Source: Fibrobacteria bacterium
GTDB lineage: Bacteria > Fibrobacterota > Chitinivibrionia > Chitinivibrionales > FEN-1185
DNA length: 55,870 nt
Reading direction: 5' to 3'
Assembly: GCA_037447435.1 (NCBI GenBank)
Contig: JBBIGR010000036.1
Location: 1 to 55,870 of the forward strand
The notes beneath the pieces are model-generated. The model worked only from the letters and a program-made list of their open reading frames with translations, was not told where the DNA came from and did not search any database. The translations under genes and the position numbers were made by a program. The stretch's first letter is position 1. Each line of letters opens with the position of its first letter. Below are positions 23,498-33,458 of the stretch, piece by piece.

Positions 23498-25537
23498 TTA
23501 CTGCAATCCGCCTTTAAAATTGAATAAACACGAATCCGGATATTTCGCCTTTTCCTGATAAGCGGACAATATTCCTTTGAGCAATTCGGCGTCGGGATTT
23601 ACAAAGCTTAAATCGATGACAAAGGAATTAACACCCAAATCCTCGAGGTAATCCCTTTTATTAAACAGGCAATACAGCTCATGAGCCAAGCTGTAATACA
23701 GCCCGTGTTTTTCCTTGACAACGATTTTCCGTTCGAGCCGGTCGGCGATCACGCTGTCGACCGCGACCGCAGGTTGCATGCGCGAAACGAAAAGCTGGGC
23801 GTGCCCGAACAAATATACCATTCCTTTTTGAGAATAAATATCTTTGATGTTCATCGCATCGTCTTCGGGAGAATAGGCGAATTGCCCGAGCTTTAAAGCC
23901 GAATACGCATTGACGCTCACCTTGTTCGTCGCATACAGCAAATAATCCGCGCGCATGCGCTTCACGCCGCTTTCCAGTACGATATGCGAAAGGTTTTGAC
24001 ACATAAGGCCGCATTGACCGTCTTTACACAACGTCTGAACGATTCTTCGCCATTCGCCGAGATCGCCTTCGGCGATAAACGGCGGCGGTTCGATATAGGC
24101 GGCGCGCCCCAGGCGTTGCCGATGGAGGTTGGCGTCGAGCGCAAAGCCGTGCATTTCAGCTTTGTCAAACGCGCATATCACGCCGCCGATGCCGCCGTCG
24201 GTCAGCAGATCGAGCCACGCAAGGGAATCGATTTTGACGAACAAGCGACGGTCCCGGTTTTTGTCGAATTTATCCGCGTCGCGGAAACTGCGCAGCAACG
24301 AATACACATTTTTGTACTGGTCGACAAATCGTGTCGGATTCACGTCGAGTTTCGCTTCACTCTTGCCTGTAACACTCGCCCTTCCGATGCAATACAAAGA
24401 ATCATTGGCAATACACTCGACGGCTTTGTCGAGTTTGAGCGTTATTGCCTCTCCCGACACGGAACACGATTGTACCTGAACCATGATCCCTTCTCCCCCG
24501 TTTTGGGGTTGAATTCTCACCAGATCACGGTCATTGAGGGTTTCCTTGGATAGAACGCGCATCTCGCGTTTATGCGCGTCTACCGACTCTATTTTCCCTA
24601 TGTATATTCCGGTACCGGCAGGATTTAATGCATCGATAATTCCCGTTTGCCTGAGTCCCCTGAGGAACAATTGGGTTTTCCGTCTGCCCAAATCATGACG
24701 AAGCATTTCCTTGGCAACATGGATTTTTTGCGGATCATCGATTGCCATCCTGTATGCGGCGACAACCGTTGACACGTAATTTGCCCCTTTCATCCGGCCT
24801 TCGATTTTTAAACTCTTTACCCCTGCGGCAATGAATTGGGGCAACAAATCGATTGCGCTTAAATCGTTAGGAGAAAAGAAATAGCCTTTATCGTCTTTAT
24901 TGTGCGGATCCATATTGTCGAACGAGCGTCTGCAAACCTGAGTGCAACGGCCGCGGTTGCCGCTTGCACCGCCAAAAAAACTCGAAGCCAAACACATTCC
25001 TGAAAAGCAATAGCACAACGCGCCGTGCACGAATATCTCGATTTCGCACGATTTAATCGCGCAAGCCTTCGCAATTTCCTCCATGGTCAATTCCCGGGCC
25101 AAAACCACCCGTTTCATGCCGATTTTTTCACAGGCAGTCACGCCGGCGCTGTTATGGACCGCCATCTGAGTGGAAGCGTGCAATTGCAATTTGGGAAACG
25201 CCTGGCGGACTATTGCGGCTATTCCCATATCCTGTACTATGATTCCATCAACGCCGATTTGCTCGAGTTGATAGAGCAAATGAACCGCCTTCTCAAGTTC
25301 CGATTGCTTTACAAGCGTGTTAAATGCGACGTACACTTTCACGTTCCTGCTATGCGCGTACGGCACCGCATATGCCAATGTTCTGGTCGTGAAATTCCGC
25401 GCGCGCATACGCGCGCTGAATGAGACGAGCCCGACATAGACTGCGTCGGCACCCGCATTGATGGCGTCAACAAAACTCTCCAAAGTGCCGGCAGGAGCCA
25501 ATAATTCGATTTTTTTATTCTTGCTGTTCGATTTCAT
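23498..25537 (-). CDS. U32 family protein (RlhA/TrhP-like Fe-S RNA hydroxylase)
   Basis: ELLAPAG, HASTQ, LARE, HGALC...SG.C, NRG.C.Q.CR and LKIEGRMK. Confidence 0.9.
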   Translation of the reverse strand: MKSNSKNKKIELLAPAGTLESFVDAINAGADAVYVGLVSFSARMRARNFTTRTLAYAVPYAHSRNVKVYVAFNTLVKQSELEKAVHLLYQLEQIGVDGIIVQDMGIAAIVRQAFPKLQLHASTQMAVHNSAGVTACEKIGMKRVVLARELTMEEIAKACAIKSCEIEIFVHGALCYCFSGMCLASSFFGGASGNRGRCTQVCRRSFDNMDPHNKDDKGYFFSPNDLSAIDLLPQFIAAGVKSLKIEGRMKGANYVSTVVAAYRMAIDDPQKIHVAKEMLRHDLGRRKTQLFLRGLRQTGIIDALNPAGTGIYIGKIESVDAHKREMRVLSKETLNDRDLVRIQPQNGGEGIMVQVQSCSVSGEAITLKLDKAVECIANDSLYCIGRASVTGKSEAKLDVNPTRFVDQYKNVYSLLRSFRDADKFDKNRDRRLFVKIDSLAWLDLLTDGGIGGVICAFDKAEMHGFALDANLHRQRLGRAAYIEPPPFIAEGDLGEWRRIVQTLCKDGQCGLMCQNLSHIVLESGVKRMRADYLLYATNKVSVNAYSALKLGQFAYSPEDDAMNIKDIYSQKGMVYLFGHAQLFVSRMQPAVAVDSVIADRLERKIVVKEKHGLYYSLAHELYCLFNKRDYLEDLGVNSFVIDLSFVNPDAELLKGILSAYQEKAKYPDSCLFNFKGGLQ

Positions 25538-25619
25538 ATGCGGGTAAAATACTAACCCCACGCTTGGCTGGGGGATAAGTTTTAATTTTGATTTTATCTG
25601 CGCATCATGAATAAATTTT

Positions 25620-25661
25620 CCTTCCCCTTAGTTAAGGGGAAGGTGCCGATGGCGGAAGGGG
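25620..25661. repeat. REP-like palindrome
   Basis: ccttcccctta-gt-taaggggaagg (11-bp perfect inverted repeat) followed by tgccgatggcggaagggg. Confidence 0.55.
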
Positions 25662-25698
25662 TTCACGTCGAAGCTTCGAGGAATTAAACCCGCCGTGA

Positions 25699-26490
25699 TT
25701 AAAATATAGGGAAGCGAACGCCGATGCGAATGCCTAAATTTGACCCGGGAGTTTCCGGCGGTGTCTCACGATCGGTTGCATTTTTCTCATAATTGATAAC
25801 TTGGGTCGCGTATTTGTTTCCCGTTGGGAAATTAGAATCGGTAATTTCCTGTTTCGACGTCATGAAGCTCATGGCTTCACAATAAATTTCTCCGTACAAT
25901 ATCATGCTGGTACCAAGCGGGTAATCGGCACCGAGCGCACCGACAAATACGATTGCCGGCCAGTTGCTGTCCTTGATTGTCGCGTGATATTCACCGGCGC
26001 CCGTAGCATTTTGGGTCACTTGAATAGACGAAAATGCGAAATCCAGGCCTATGCCGAAATTGGTATACACGTCGATGAGGTCCAAAACTTGAAACGACGG
26101 CTTTAACAGGGCTTTGATCCCAAGGGTTGAAAAAGAAAATTCCTGGGTAACTGAATTGGTGAGGGCACCGATCGTAGTGATCGTCTCTTGTTTAATTCCC
26201 GGTACTCCAAAGCTATAACACACCGATGCCTGGCCTGCCAAATGATCCATCAAGCGATAGCTTGCGCCGCCTTCTAATTTTATTCCTCTGCCGAAATTGA
26301 GGAAATTGTCATCTTTTTTTACTATGCTGCCGTTGGTGGTTGTTTGTGACGGCCCCACGTCTCGTCCGCCAATGCCGATTCCGTACCCGGTAGTAAGGAA
26401 CAAATCGAAGGTTTCCTTGTCGCCTTTATTTGCAAAAGTTAAACTGCAGCAGGCAACGGCAATGGCGATCACGGTCATGATTTTTTTCAT
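25699..26490 (-). CDS. Outer-membrane beta-barrel protein
   Basis: Signal peptide, amphipathic beta-strands and a C-terminal Phe. Confidence 0.8.
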   Translation of the reverse strand: MKKIMTVIAIAVACCSLTFANKGDKETFDLFLTTGYGIGIGGRDVGPSQTTTNGSIVKKDDNFLNFGRGIKLEGGASYRLMDHLAGQASVCYSFGVPGIKQETITTIGALTNSVTQEFSFSTLGIKALLKPSFQVLDLIDVYTNFGIGLDFAFSSIQVTQNATGAGEYHATIKDSNWPAIVFVGALGADYPLGTSMILYGEIYCEAMSFMTSKQEITDSNFPTGNKYATQVINYEKNATDRETPPETPGSNLGIRIGVRFPIF

Positions 26491-26510
26491 ATCATCTCCT
26501 TAACTGAGAA

Positions 26511-28121
26511 TTAAGCGTAAACCCGGTAATTGATATTAGGGAATATATTGTTATGAGATTCAAGGAGCGCAAGGAAATTTTCGTCGATGGCGTCGGAAAT
26601 CACTTCCTCGTATAATCGGTTGAAATTTGCAATATGCTCTTTAGAACGGCGAACCGCATATTGCACCATAGTGCCGGTTTTCATTATAAATGCCCAGTCG
26701 CTCGATTGTGCCAGTAAAAGTTCACGTGCCATTTGATTGAGTGCGCGGCGCAGCCCCTCGGTCGCCTGCGGATATTTCTGAGCGAGCAAGGTCATTCGTT
26801 CTTCCATTTTGTGAAGATGCCGGTACAACCAGTCGTTGCTTCCTTCGAGCCAGACTTCGGAATATCCTTTATGGCCCCAGCTGGAAAACGACGGGCTGCA
26901 TATCTGGTTCCTGGGGTTTTCGGCTAAATAATCGGACGGTGTGCATAGAGCGACGGTGCTCTGGTCGAATGCGATCTTGCGAATGAGAAAATTGAGCCAG
27001 TCGGGACCTTCGTACCACCAATGCCCGAAAAGTTCGGCATCGTAGGGAGCCACGATGATGGGACGCCGGTCCATGATCGAGGCAAGGTATTCGACCTGTT
27101 TTTCACGGTTGAACATGAAATTTCCCGCATGCAATGCCGCTTTTTCCTGCGCAGCGATGTGATTGTACGGCTCTTTGTTGTCGGTTTTTCCCGTTATACG
27201 ATAATATTTTACGCCGGTGTTTATACGGATGCCGATCGGATCGATATACGGTTTGATATAATCGATGTCCAGATCAAACCCTATATCACGGTAAAATTCC
27301 CGGTAATCAACGTCGCCCGGATACCCCTCCTTCGAGCTCCAAACCGATTTCGACGATTCGATATCGCGCCCGAACGCCGCAACATGCGTTCCCTTGCAAT
27401 ACACGGGAGCAAAAACGCCGTATTTTGGCCGGGGTTCGGCAAAGAGAATGCCGTGCGCATCACTGAAGAAATACAGGATTCCCGCATCTTCCAAAAATCT
27501 TTCGACACCGGGAAAATATCCGCATTCCGGAAGCCAGATGCCGATGGGGTTTCTACCGAAGAAATCATGATACGATTCGACGGCGACATTGATTTGCGCG
27601 CGTACGGCCGAAGGGTTGAATTGCATGGTGGGCAAAAACCCGTGCGTTGCGCCGCACGTGATGATTTCCAAAACGCCCAAGTCCTGCAACCGTCTGAAAT
27701 TCTTGATAATATCGCATTGATTGACATCGACGAATATGTTTTTGCACAGCCTGAATTTATCGCGGTACATTTGCGCCGTTGCGTGCATGGCCGGATCGCT
27801 TTTGGTGCGGATGCATTCCTTTTCCGACAATTCGATGAGCTTGGTGATGTGCTTGACATACCGTTCCTGCAGCAGGGCATCGGTCAGCATCGAGGCAAGC
27901 GGCGGCGTAATGGACATTGTCAATTTAAACGGCACCCCGTCGCTCACCAGATTTTCCAATATAACTAGCAACGGTATATAGGTCTCGGTCATGGCTTCAA
28001 ACAGCCAATTTTCCTCTAAAAAATATTCGCATTCCTGATGGCGTACATACGGCAGATGCGCATGCAACACCAAGCAAACATAGCCTTTGGGGCTGCCTTT
28101 TTGTTGCATAATACCGTTCAT
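26511..28121 (-). CDS. GH57 1,4-alpha-glucan branching enzyme (DUF1957)
   Basis: LHAHLPYV, E.WLFEA.TETY.PL, WLPEC, PYDAELFGHWWYEG and ARELLLAQSSDWAF. Confidence 0.95.
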   Translation of the reverse strand: MNGIMQQKGSPKGYVCLVLHAHLPYVRHQECEYFLEENWLFEAMTETYIPLLVILENLVSDGVPFKLTMSITPPLASMLTDALLQERYVKHITKLIELSEKECIRTKSDPAMHATAQMYRDKFRLCKNIFVDVNQCDIIKNFRRLQDLGVLEIITCGATHGFLPTMQFNPSAVRAQINVAVESYHDFFGRNPIGIWLPECGYFPGVERFLEDAGILYFFSDAHGILFAEPRPKYGVFAPVYCKGTHVAAFGRDIESSKSVWSSKEGYPGDVDYREFYRDIGFDLDIDYIKPYIDPIGIRINTGVKYYRITGKTDNKEPYNHIAAQEKAALHAGNFMFNREKQVEYLASIMDRRPIIVAPYDAELFGHWWYEGPDWLNFLIRKIAFDQSTVALCTPSDYLAENPRNQICSPSFSSWGHKGYSEVWLEGSNDWLYRHLHKMEERMTLLAQKYPQATEGLRRALNQMARELLLAQSSDWAFIMKTGTMVQYAVRRSKEHIANFNRLYEEVISDAIDENFLALLESHNNIFPNINYRVYA

Positions 28122-28146
28122 TGAATTCCTTACAATTCTATTTTTT

Positions 28147-29181
28147 TTATGCGATGGCGCCGGAACCCGATCCGGACCCCAAACCGCTTTCGCCGCCAAT
28201 TATCGTATTTTGCAGTAAATCGGTTTCTTCCAACCGTTCGCTGGCGCCGATGCTCCGGCGAAGCGATTGCGTTGACAACCGGATAAGTTCTTCGGTGTCG
28301 GCCGTGGTCCATTCTTCATCGGTAATTGCCGAAACCCCGGTCCGGGGCATGGCAACCTGATTCGATCGCAGGGCCTCAAAAAAAGTCCCTGTCGGCAGCA
28401 TGAGCCCCACTTGAATCAAATAAAGTCTGCCCGGTTCCCAAACTTTTACGTACCAATTATCGGCATTGAACGGGATATCGAGGTCGACGAAGCGCCACGC
28501 GTTATTGCCGTCGAATTCTATGTCTGTAATATCCGAAACCCGTAAAATCCACTTTGCAGAAGCAAAAACTTGCTCTCCCAAAACCGTTTGTATGCCTTTT
28601 ATCGTTTGAGGCGTAAATTCCCAAAAAGCAAATATCCAAAACGGGTCCCGAGGCAATGCCCGCATATAGGTTTCATTATATCGATCGGGAATATCGTTGG
28701 AAAAAAAATATTTTGGACCCAAAAGCGGCGTTTTGCCCTGCAAAACAGCAGACACTATGGATTTTTTACCGATTTTAGGCTGGACCGTCGACAGTTCTTT
28801 TTTGGGGCGTGGTGTTTCGCGTCGTTTTTTAACGAGCACCTTTTTCGGTGAAATTTTAACGGCAGCGGTTTTGGCTACCGGTTTTCTTCGTTGTATTCGT
28901 TCTTTTTTCCGGGTTATAACCGCTTTTTTAGGCGCAACCGACTGTAATTTTTCTTTGGATTTAGCGAGAGTTGCGGCAACAGGTTTTGCACTTGGAACAG
29001 GGGTCGGTTTGATTTTCTTTTGCAAACTAGGCGCAGTGTTTTTTTTAGGCACTGCTTTTTTGACTGCAGCTGTTTTAGTAATTTTTGATTTGACAACTGG
29101 TTTTTTCACCGCGACTTTTTTTGCCGCCAAAACCGGTTTTGCGCTTTTAACTTTCGGCTGAGCTTTTACCTTTGCCTGCAC
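28147..29181 (-). CDS. DUF4912 protein with a Lys/Ala-rich N-terminus
   Basis: P.RY.ET...ALPRDP.W.FAFWE, WY and RSN.V.MP motifs after a histone-H1-like low-complexity region. GTG start. Confidence 0.85.
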   Translation of the reverse strand: MQAKVKAQPKVKSAKPVLAAKKVAVKKPVVKSKITKTAAVKKAVPKKNTAPSLQKKIKPTPVPSAKPVAATLAKSKEKLQSVAPKKAVITRKKERIQRRKPVAKTAAVKISPKKVLVKKRRETPRPKKELSTVQPKIGKKSIVSAVLQGKTPLLGPKYFFSNDIPDRYNETYMRALPRDPFWIFAFWEFTPQTIKGIQTVLGEQVFASAKWILRVSDITDIEFDGNNAWRFVDLDIPFNADNWYVKVWEPGRLYLIQVGLMLPTGTFFEALRSNQVAMPRTGVSAITDEEWTTADTEELIRLSTQSLRRSIGASERLEETDLLQNTIIGGESGLGSGSGSGAIA

Positions 29182-29203
29182 CGTGACCTCACTTTGATTG
29201 CGA

Positions 29204-30445
29204 TCAATAATTGCTTCTGGATGACTTGTTCCACTTTCTGCCGCCGTTAAATCCGATACCGAAACGAATGACGTCCTCTTTTAGATCCGGATATAAACCG
29301 CTGGCCCGACGCCCGATTTCCAAACCGACATCGAGCATACCCGAACCTTTACCAATTGGAAGCCCTGCGCCAAGCGACAGCATCGCCTCATATGCCTGGT
29401 CTGCAGGAAGTTGCGTGTATCGCACGCCAGCCCTATATCGGATTATTTCATAATATTTTGGAGTAAGGATATTGGGAGCCGGTATGAATTGCGCGCCAAG
29501 TGAAAATCCGGCAACCGTGGAAACATCGATGTCCGTCTCGGTCTGTGCCCGATCCCAGAATGTCAGCGAAACATCGGCTGCAGCAAGCCATTCCGGCGAA
29601 AAGTCGTAGGCGCCGCCGATAAAAAGCGACGGAGGCATCTTAAGGGTAAAGGTACGACGACCGTCGGTGTTGGCCACGGGAACGGTGCTGTTAGTAGGGT
29701 ACACTGCAGAATCGGCCTTTGCATCGCTTTTTAAAAAGTATTCCCCGCTTAATCCCAATCGTAATTTTCCGAGTAAAACCGTGACGCCGCCCCTAAACCC
29801 GTCGAATGTCGCATTCGTTTTCGTACTATCGCGAGACGGATCGTCCTGTAAAAGAGTGTCGCCGTCATTGAATAACCGTAGCGATTCCACCGTCGTTCTT
29901 GCCGATGAAAAATATGCCCGTTCGTATGAAAGACCCAATTGAATGATTTTTTGCACTGTGACGCCGTATCCTACTTGCCAAATAGAAATCCCGCCTTCTT
30001 TTGTCATGCCTTTATAATAATCCGCGTTAGTCTTGCCGTTGTAAGGAAATGCGGTGTCGTATCGAACAGAAAGCTGTTCATTCACCCGTTGATCGTATGC
30101 CAATCCCAATGTTCCGAATTTACCCAGCGGAATTCCGACTGAAATTTGACGGGGCAACACGGTTGCCACATCGCTAATATGGGATGAGTCCGACAATTTC
30201 ATAATATCCGCAGTAACAAAAGCCGAAAGCACGGTTTTATCGATGCTTGCCAAATTGGCAGGGTTGATCAGCATGCCGTTATAGTCGGGCAATACGGCGC
30301 AAGAGGTTCCGCCCATGGCAAACGACATTCCCGAATTCGCCTGAACCTGGTTCCCAAAAGGGAATGAGGCACCGATGATCGATTGCCCGAAAATGTGCGT
30401 CAATAAACCTGTACAAATACAAATGAGAGCTGATTTAATCTTCAT
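29204..30445 (-). CDS. Outer-membrane barrel, FadL/PorV-like
   Basis: Signal peptide, AMGG...NPA.L motif, YRAG..Y and G.GLP. Confidence 0.75.
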   Translation of the reverse strand: MKIKSALICICTGLLTHIFGQSIIGASFPFGNQVQANSGMSFAMGGTSCAVLPDYNGMLINPANLASIDKTVLSAFVTADIMKLSDSSHISDVATVLPRQISVGIPLGKFGTLGLAYDQRVNEQLSVRYDTAFPYNGKTNADYYKGMTKEGGISIWQVGYGVTVQKIIQLGLSYERAYFSSARTTVESLRLFNDGDTLLQDDPSRDSTKTNATFDGFRGGVTVLLGKLRLGLSGEYFLKSDAKADSAVYPTNSTVPVANTDGRRTFTLKMPPSLFIGGAYDFSPEWLAAADVSLTFWDRAQTETDIDVSTVAGFSLGAQFIPAPNILTPKYYEIIRYRAGVRYTQLPADQAYEAMLSLGAGLPIGKGSGMLDVGLEIGRRASGLYPDLKEDVIRFGIGFNGGRKWNKSSRSNY

Positions 30446-30454
30446 TGCATCCTG

Positions 30455-31816
30455 CTATTTGTGTGGATTTGAGAATAATGATCTGAAATGTATTTCCGTT
30501 TGCGACTTATTGAATGTTATACGACTCCATCGCTGGTCCGGTTTGACAAAAAGGTAAAGGTACAGGACATCCGGCATTCCGTTGTCCAACCAGTTCTGGA
30601 AATACGGCCTAAGCGACAAATTGATTTTCGCAGATGATTTATCCAATTCAACGGTATTTATTCGCAATGTATCCATGAGTCCTTTGGACGTAATCTGGTA
30701 ATTCAACATTGTATATTCGAGTATTCGGGACGTATCGGTAGAGTCGGGAACCTCAAAAAGTGGTTTAGCTACCCACAGCGAACATGCGGCATCCTGAGAA
30801 ATCGTAAATTTTTTTCCCATGACAGGCAAAAGAGAATCACGTAAAGGTTTCATATTCACGGGAATTTCGACAAACCTGTCGGCCTCCCATGAAGCAACAA
30901 GCGAATCGTCGGCTGCATTTGCTTCAAACACCGTAATATCGTTATACGGGCTAACGAGTGCGGTTGAATCCCGCGCCGAAGTATCTGATTTGCTCGTATG
31001 ATATTTCAAGAGGAATTGAGGGTTTGTAAACCGTACCAGTCCTTGCTTATTGTCAGCCTTAATGCAATAGGCCCTCTTTTCGTAAACCGTAGAATCGGTG
31101 GAGGTATCACGAATCGCGTCTCGAAGTTCTGCCAAAATTGCGGGCGGCAAAGGAATAATTAGAATAGAGTCTATTCGAGGCCGGAAGGTTATCGTTCCGA
31201 GTAATTGGGGCACCGTTTCTGAAAGCGTGTCGTAGTGAACCACATTATTTGCATCCCGTGTCGAATCTATAATCTGTACAGAATTGGTGGATGGCAAAAG
31301 CTTAGCAGGATCGAACTTTGAACCATGTTGCTTAGTCGGACAAGCAAATATTGAATCGGTTACAGTTGCATTACTATCGGAAAATGCTACGGAATCGGCA
31401 TGCGACCAAACATGATACATGCGTAAATAACATTCGTAAGCGCTACTGTCGTAGGAGCCGGTAAATCTGGTTTTCCCGCCATTTTTAATAATGTCATACA
31501 TATTCAATTCAACGTAGCCGATCGAGGACTCATTAAATAATGAGCCGATTGTCAGATTCGACCGGTGTACACCCGAAACCAGAGAATCGGCAGTATTTCC
31601 TTGTCCGCCAACGACCATGCTCCTTGTGCCTGATACCGGTAAATCGACATGAACCTGTTTGAATCCGTTTTTTAAATCCGTTACATTGGGATCGACATCC
31701 GTGATCACCTCTTTACCGACACTTGTATAGGGCTGAAAAAGGTTTGAGCAGGAAATCCCGGAAAAAAGTACTGCCGCAACGGCAACCGATAAACAGAACG
31801 CTTTGTTTTTATTCAT
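30455..31816 (-). CDS. Lipoprotein of unknown function (possibly DUF4270-like)
   Basis: Lipobox-like GISC followed by S.G..V, and a beta-rich body. Family assignment is tentative. Confidence 0.65.
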   Translation of the reverse strand: MNKNKAFCLSVAVAAVLFSGISCSNLFQPYTSVGKEVITDVDPNVTDLKNGFKQVHVDLPVSGTRSMVVGGQGNTADSLVSGVHRSNLTIGSLFNESSIGYVELNMYDIIKNGGKTRFTGSYDSSAYECYLRMYHVWSHADSVAFSDSNATVTDSIFACPTKQHGSKFDPAKLLPSTNSVQIIDSTRDANNVVHYDTLSETVPQLLGTITFRPRIDSILIIPLPPAILAELRDAIRDTSTDSTVYEKRAYCIKADNKQGLVRFTNPQFLLKYHTSKSDTSARDSTALVSPYNDITVFEANAADDSLVASWEADRFVEIPVNMKPLRDSLLPVMGKKFTISQDAACSLWVAKPLFEVPDSTDTSRILEYTMLNYQITSKGLMDTLRINTVELDKSSAKINLSLRPYFQNWLDNGMPDVLYLYLFVKPDQRWSRITFNKSQTEIHFRSLFSNPHK

Positions 31817-31871
31817 TAATATTGGCCGATAGTAAGATTTTGAAAGATATAAATGGTATAAACAGTTTGAT

Positions 31872-31900
31872 AATATAGGTTAGCTATGGAAAAATGTCAA
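31872..31900 (-). promoter_or_regulatory. Sigma70 promoter
   Basis: TTGACA-N17-TATATT on the minus strand, upstream of 31816. Confidence 0.65.
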
Positions 31901-31996
31901 ACCTTTATGCTTTGATTTTGTCCCGTATAAAAATCACACTACGTGCATTCTAATTACTATATTTTATAAAAAAGAAAATATGGGAAACCCTGTTAT

Positions 31997-33451
31997 ATGA
32001 CCTCTTTGGTAAAACGTTCGAAAGATTGCAAAGTTCTTGTTGTTGACGATGAAGAAGTCATATGCATGCTCTTTAAAACCGCACTTATGGATCTGTGCGA
32101 AGTCCATACATGCCTTAGCGGCATTGCGGCATTGGAGCTAATAGAGAAAAACGATTTTGATGTTGTCGTTTCCGATCTTTTCCTGGGCGACATAGAAGGC
32201 ATAGAAGTATTGCGGTCTGCCCGGCAAAAAGACAATTTTACCGAACTTATGGTTATTACCGGTCACGCCTCACTCGAAAGCGCGGCCAAGGCGATTGAAA
32301 TCGGCGTTTCGTCATATTTAATGAAACCCATTTCCATCCTTGATTTAAAAATCCAAGTCGAAAAAGCCATAGCAACTCGCCTTTTCCATTTAAAAAGCGT
32401 TTTGCTGATGCAGCAGTCGGACGTCATTTCTCCCGACATCAAAGGACATATTCACGACATTACCTCGTTGTTCAACTTTTCACGCAAGCTCATGCTTTCA
32501 TTGGAAATTCCGGAAGTCATGCGCGTTATTCTCGATGAAATAAATTCCCATCTGGATACGGTTTTTTGTGTCATGGCGATACATTGTCATGACGTCATGG
32601 AAATCCACGCAATGCCTAAAAGCGGAATAATGGACCAAACCACGCTGCGAAACAGCATTACCGATAATTGGGACTCCGTTTGCAGCGCTATCGATCGGGA
32701 TACTTTTAATAAAGATGAAATTCCGGTCGAATTATACAGCGGACGACAGGATTCCGATTTCGCGTATGACGCGTATGAAAAGACAACGCCCATCAGCATC
32801 CAATTGTCCGTTATGAACAACATTATCGGCACGTTGAGCATCTTCGGGAAAAAAGGGTTCGTTCCCTCCCCCGACGAATACCAGTTTCTTTACGTGTTCA
32901 CATCATTTGTATCGTCTATCGTGGAACACAGCTGCGTCGACATGCATGCGAAACTGCAAGCCAGAACCGACGGGCTCACCGGCATCGCGAACCACCGGTC
33001 GTTTCACGAATCGCTTTCGCGGGAAATCGCCCGTGCGGACCGCACGTGCACCGTATTCGGGCTTATCCTCATCGATATAGACGATTTCAAGAAAATCAAT
33101 GATACGTACGGCCATCTGGTCGGCGATGCGGTGATCAGGAACCTTGTCGACCGTGTCCTTACCATGACTCGGAAAGCAGACACCTTTGCCCGTTACGGCG
33201 GCGAGGAATTCGGCATAATCCTTGCCGACACCGGCATCGACGGCACCCGGATCCTCGCACAGCGCATTTGTAAAGAAATTGCGGGAACGCCTTATATGCA
33301 CCCTAAAAACCCGATCCATTACACGATCAGTTTAGGCCTTTCTTTGTACGATGGAAAAAACCCGCGCCAGAAAAACGCTTTAATCGCCGATGCGGATAAG
33401 GCACTATACAAATCAAAGGCCGACGGCAAAAGCAGGATTTCGGAAAATTAA
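31997..33451 (+). CDS. Response-regulator diguanylate cyclase (REC - GAF-like - GGDEF)
   Basis: VLVVDDE receiver, D.LTG..N, DID.FK.IND.YGH, RKAD I-site and GGEEF. Confidence 0.93.
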   Translation: MTSLVKRSKDCKVLVVDDEEVICMLFKTALMDLCEVHTCLSGIAALELIEKNDFDVVVSDLFLGDIEGIEVLRSARQKDNFTELMVITGHASLESAAKAIEIGVSSYLMKPISILDLKIQVEKAIATRLFHLKSVLLMQQSDVISPDIKGHIHDITSLFNFSRKLMLSLEIPEVMRVILDEINSHLDTVFCVMAIHCHDVMEIHAMPKSGIMDQTTLRNSITDNWDSVCSAIDRDTFNKDEIPVELYSGRQDSDFAYDAYEKTTPISIQLSVMNNIIGTLSIFGKKGFVPSPDEYQFLYVFTSFVSSIVEHSCVDMHAKLQARTDGLTGIANHRSFHESLSREIARADRTCTVFGLILIDIDDFKKINDTYGHLVGDAVIRNLVDRVLTMTRKADTFARYGGEEFGIILADTGIDGTRILAQRICKEIAGTPYMHPKNPIHYTISLGLSLYDGKNPRQKNALIADADKALYKSKADGKSRISEN

Positions 33452-33458
33452 TACCTTT

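Noticed and set aside
27021..27968. 315-aa antisense ORF
   Set aside because: Shadow of the GH57 gene.
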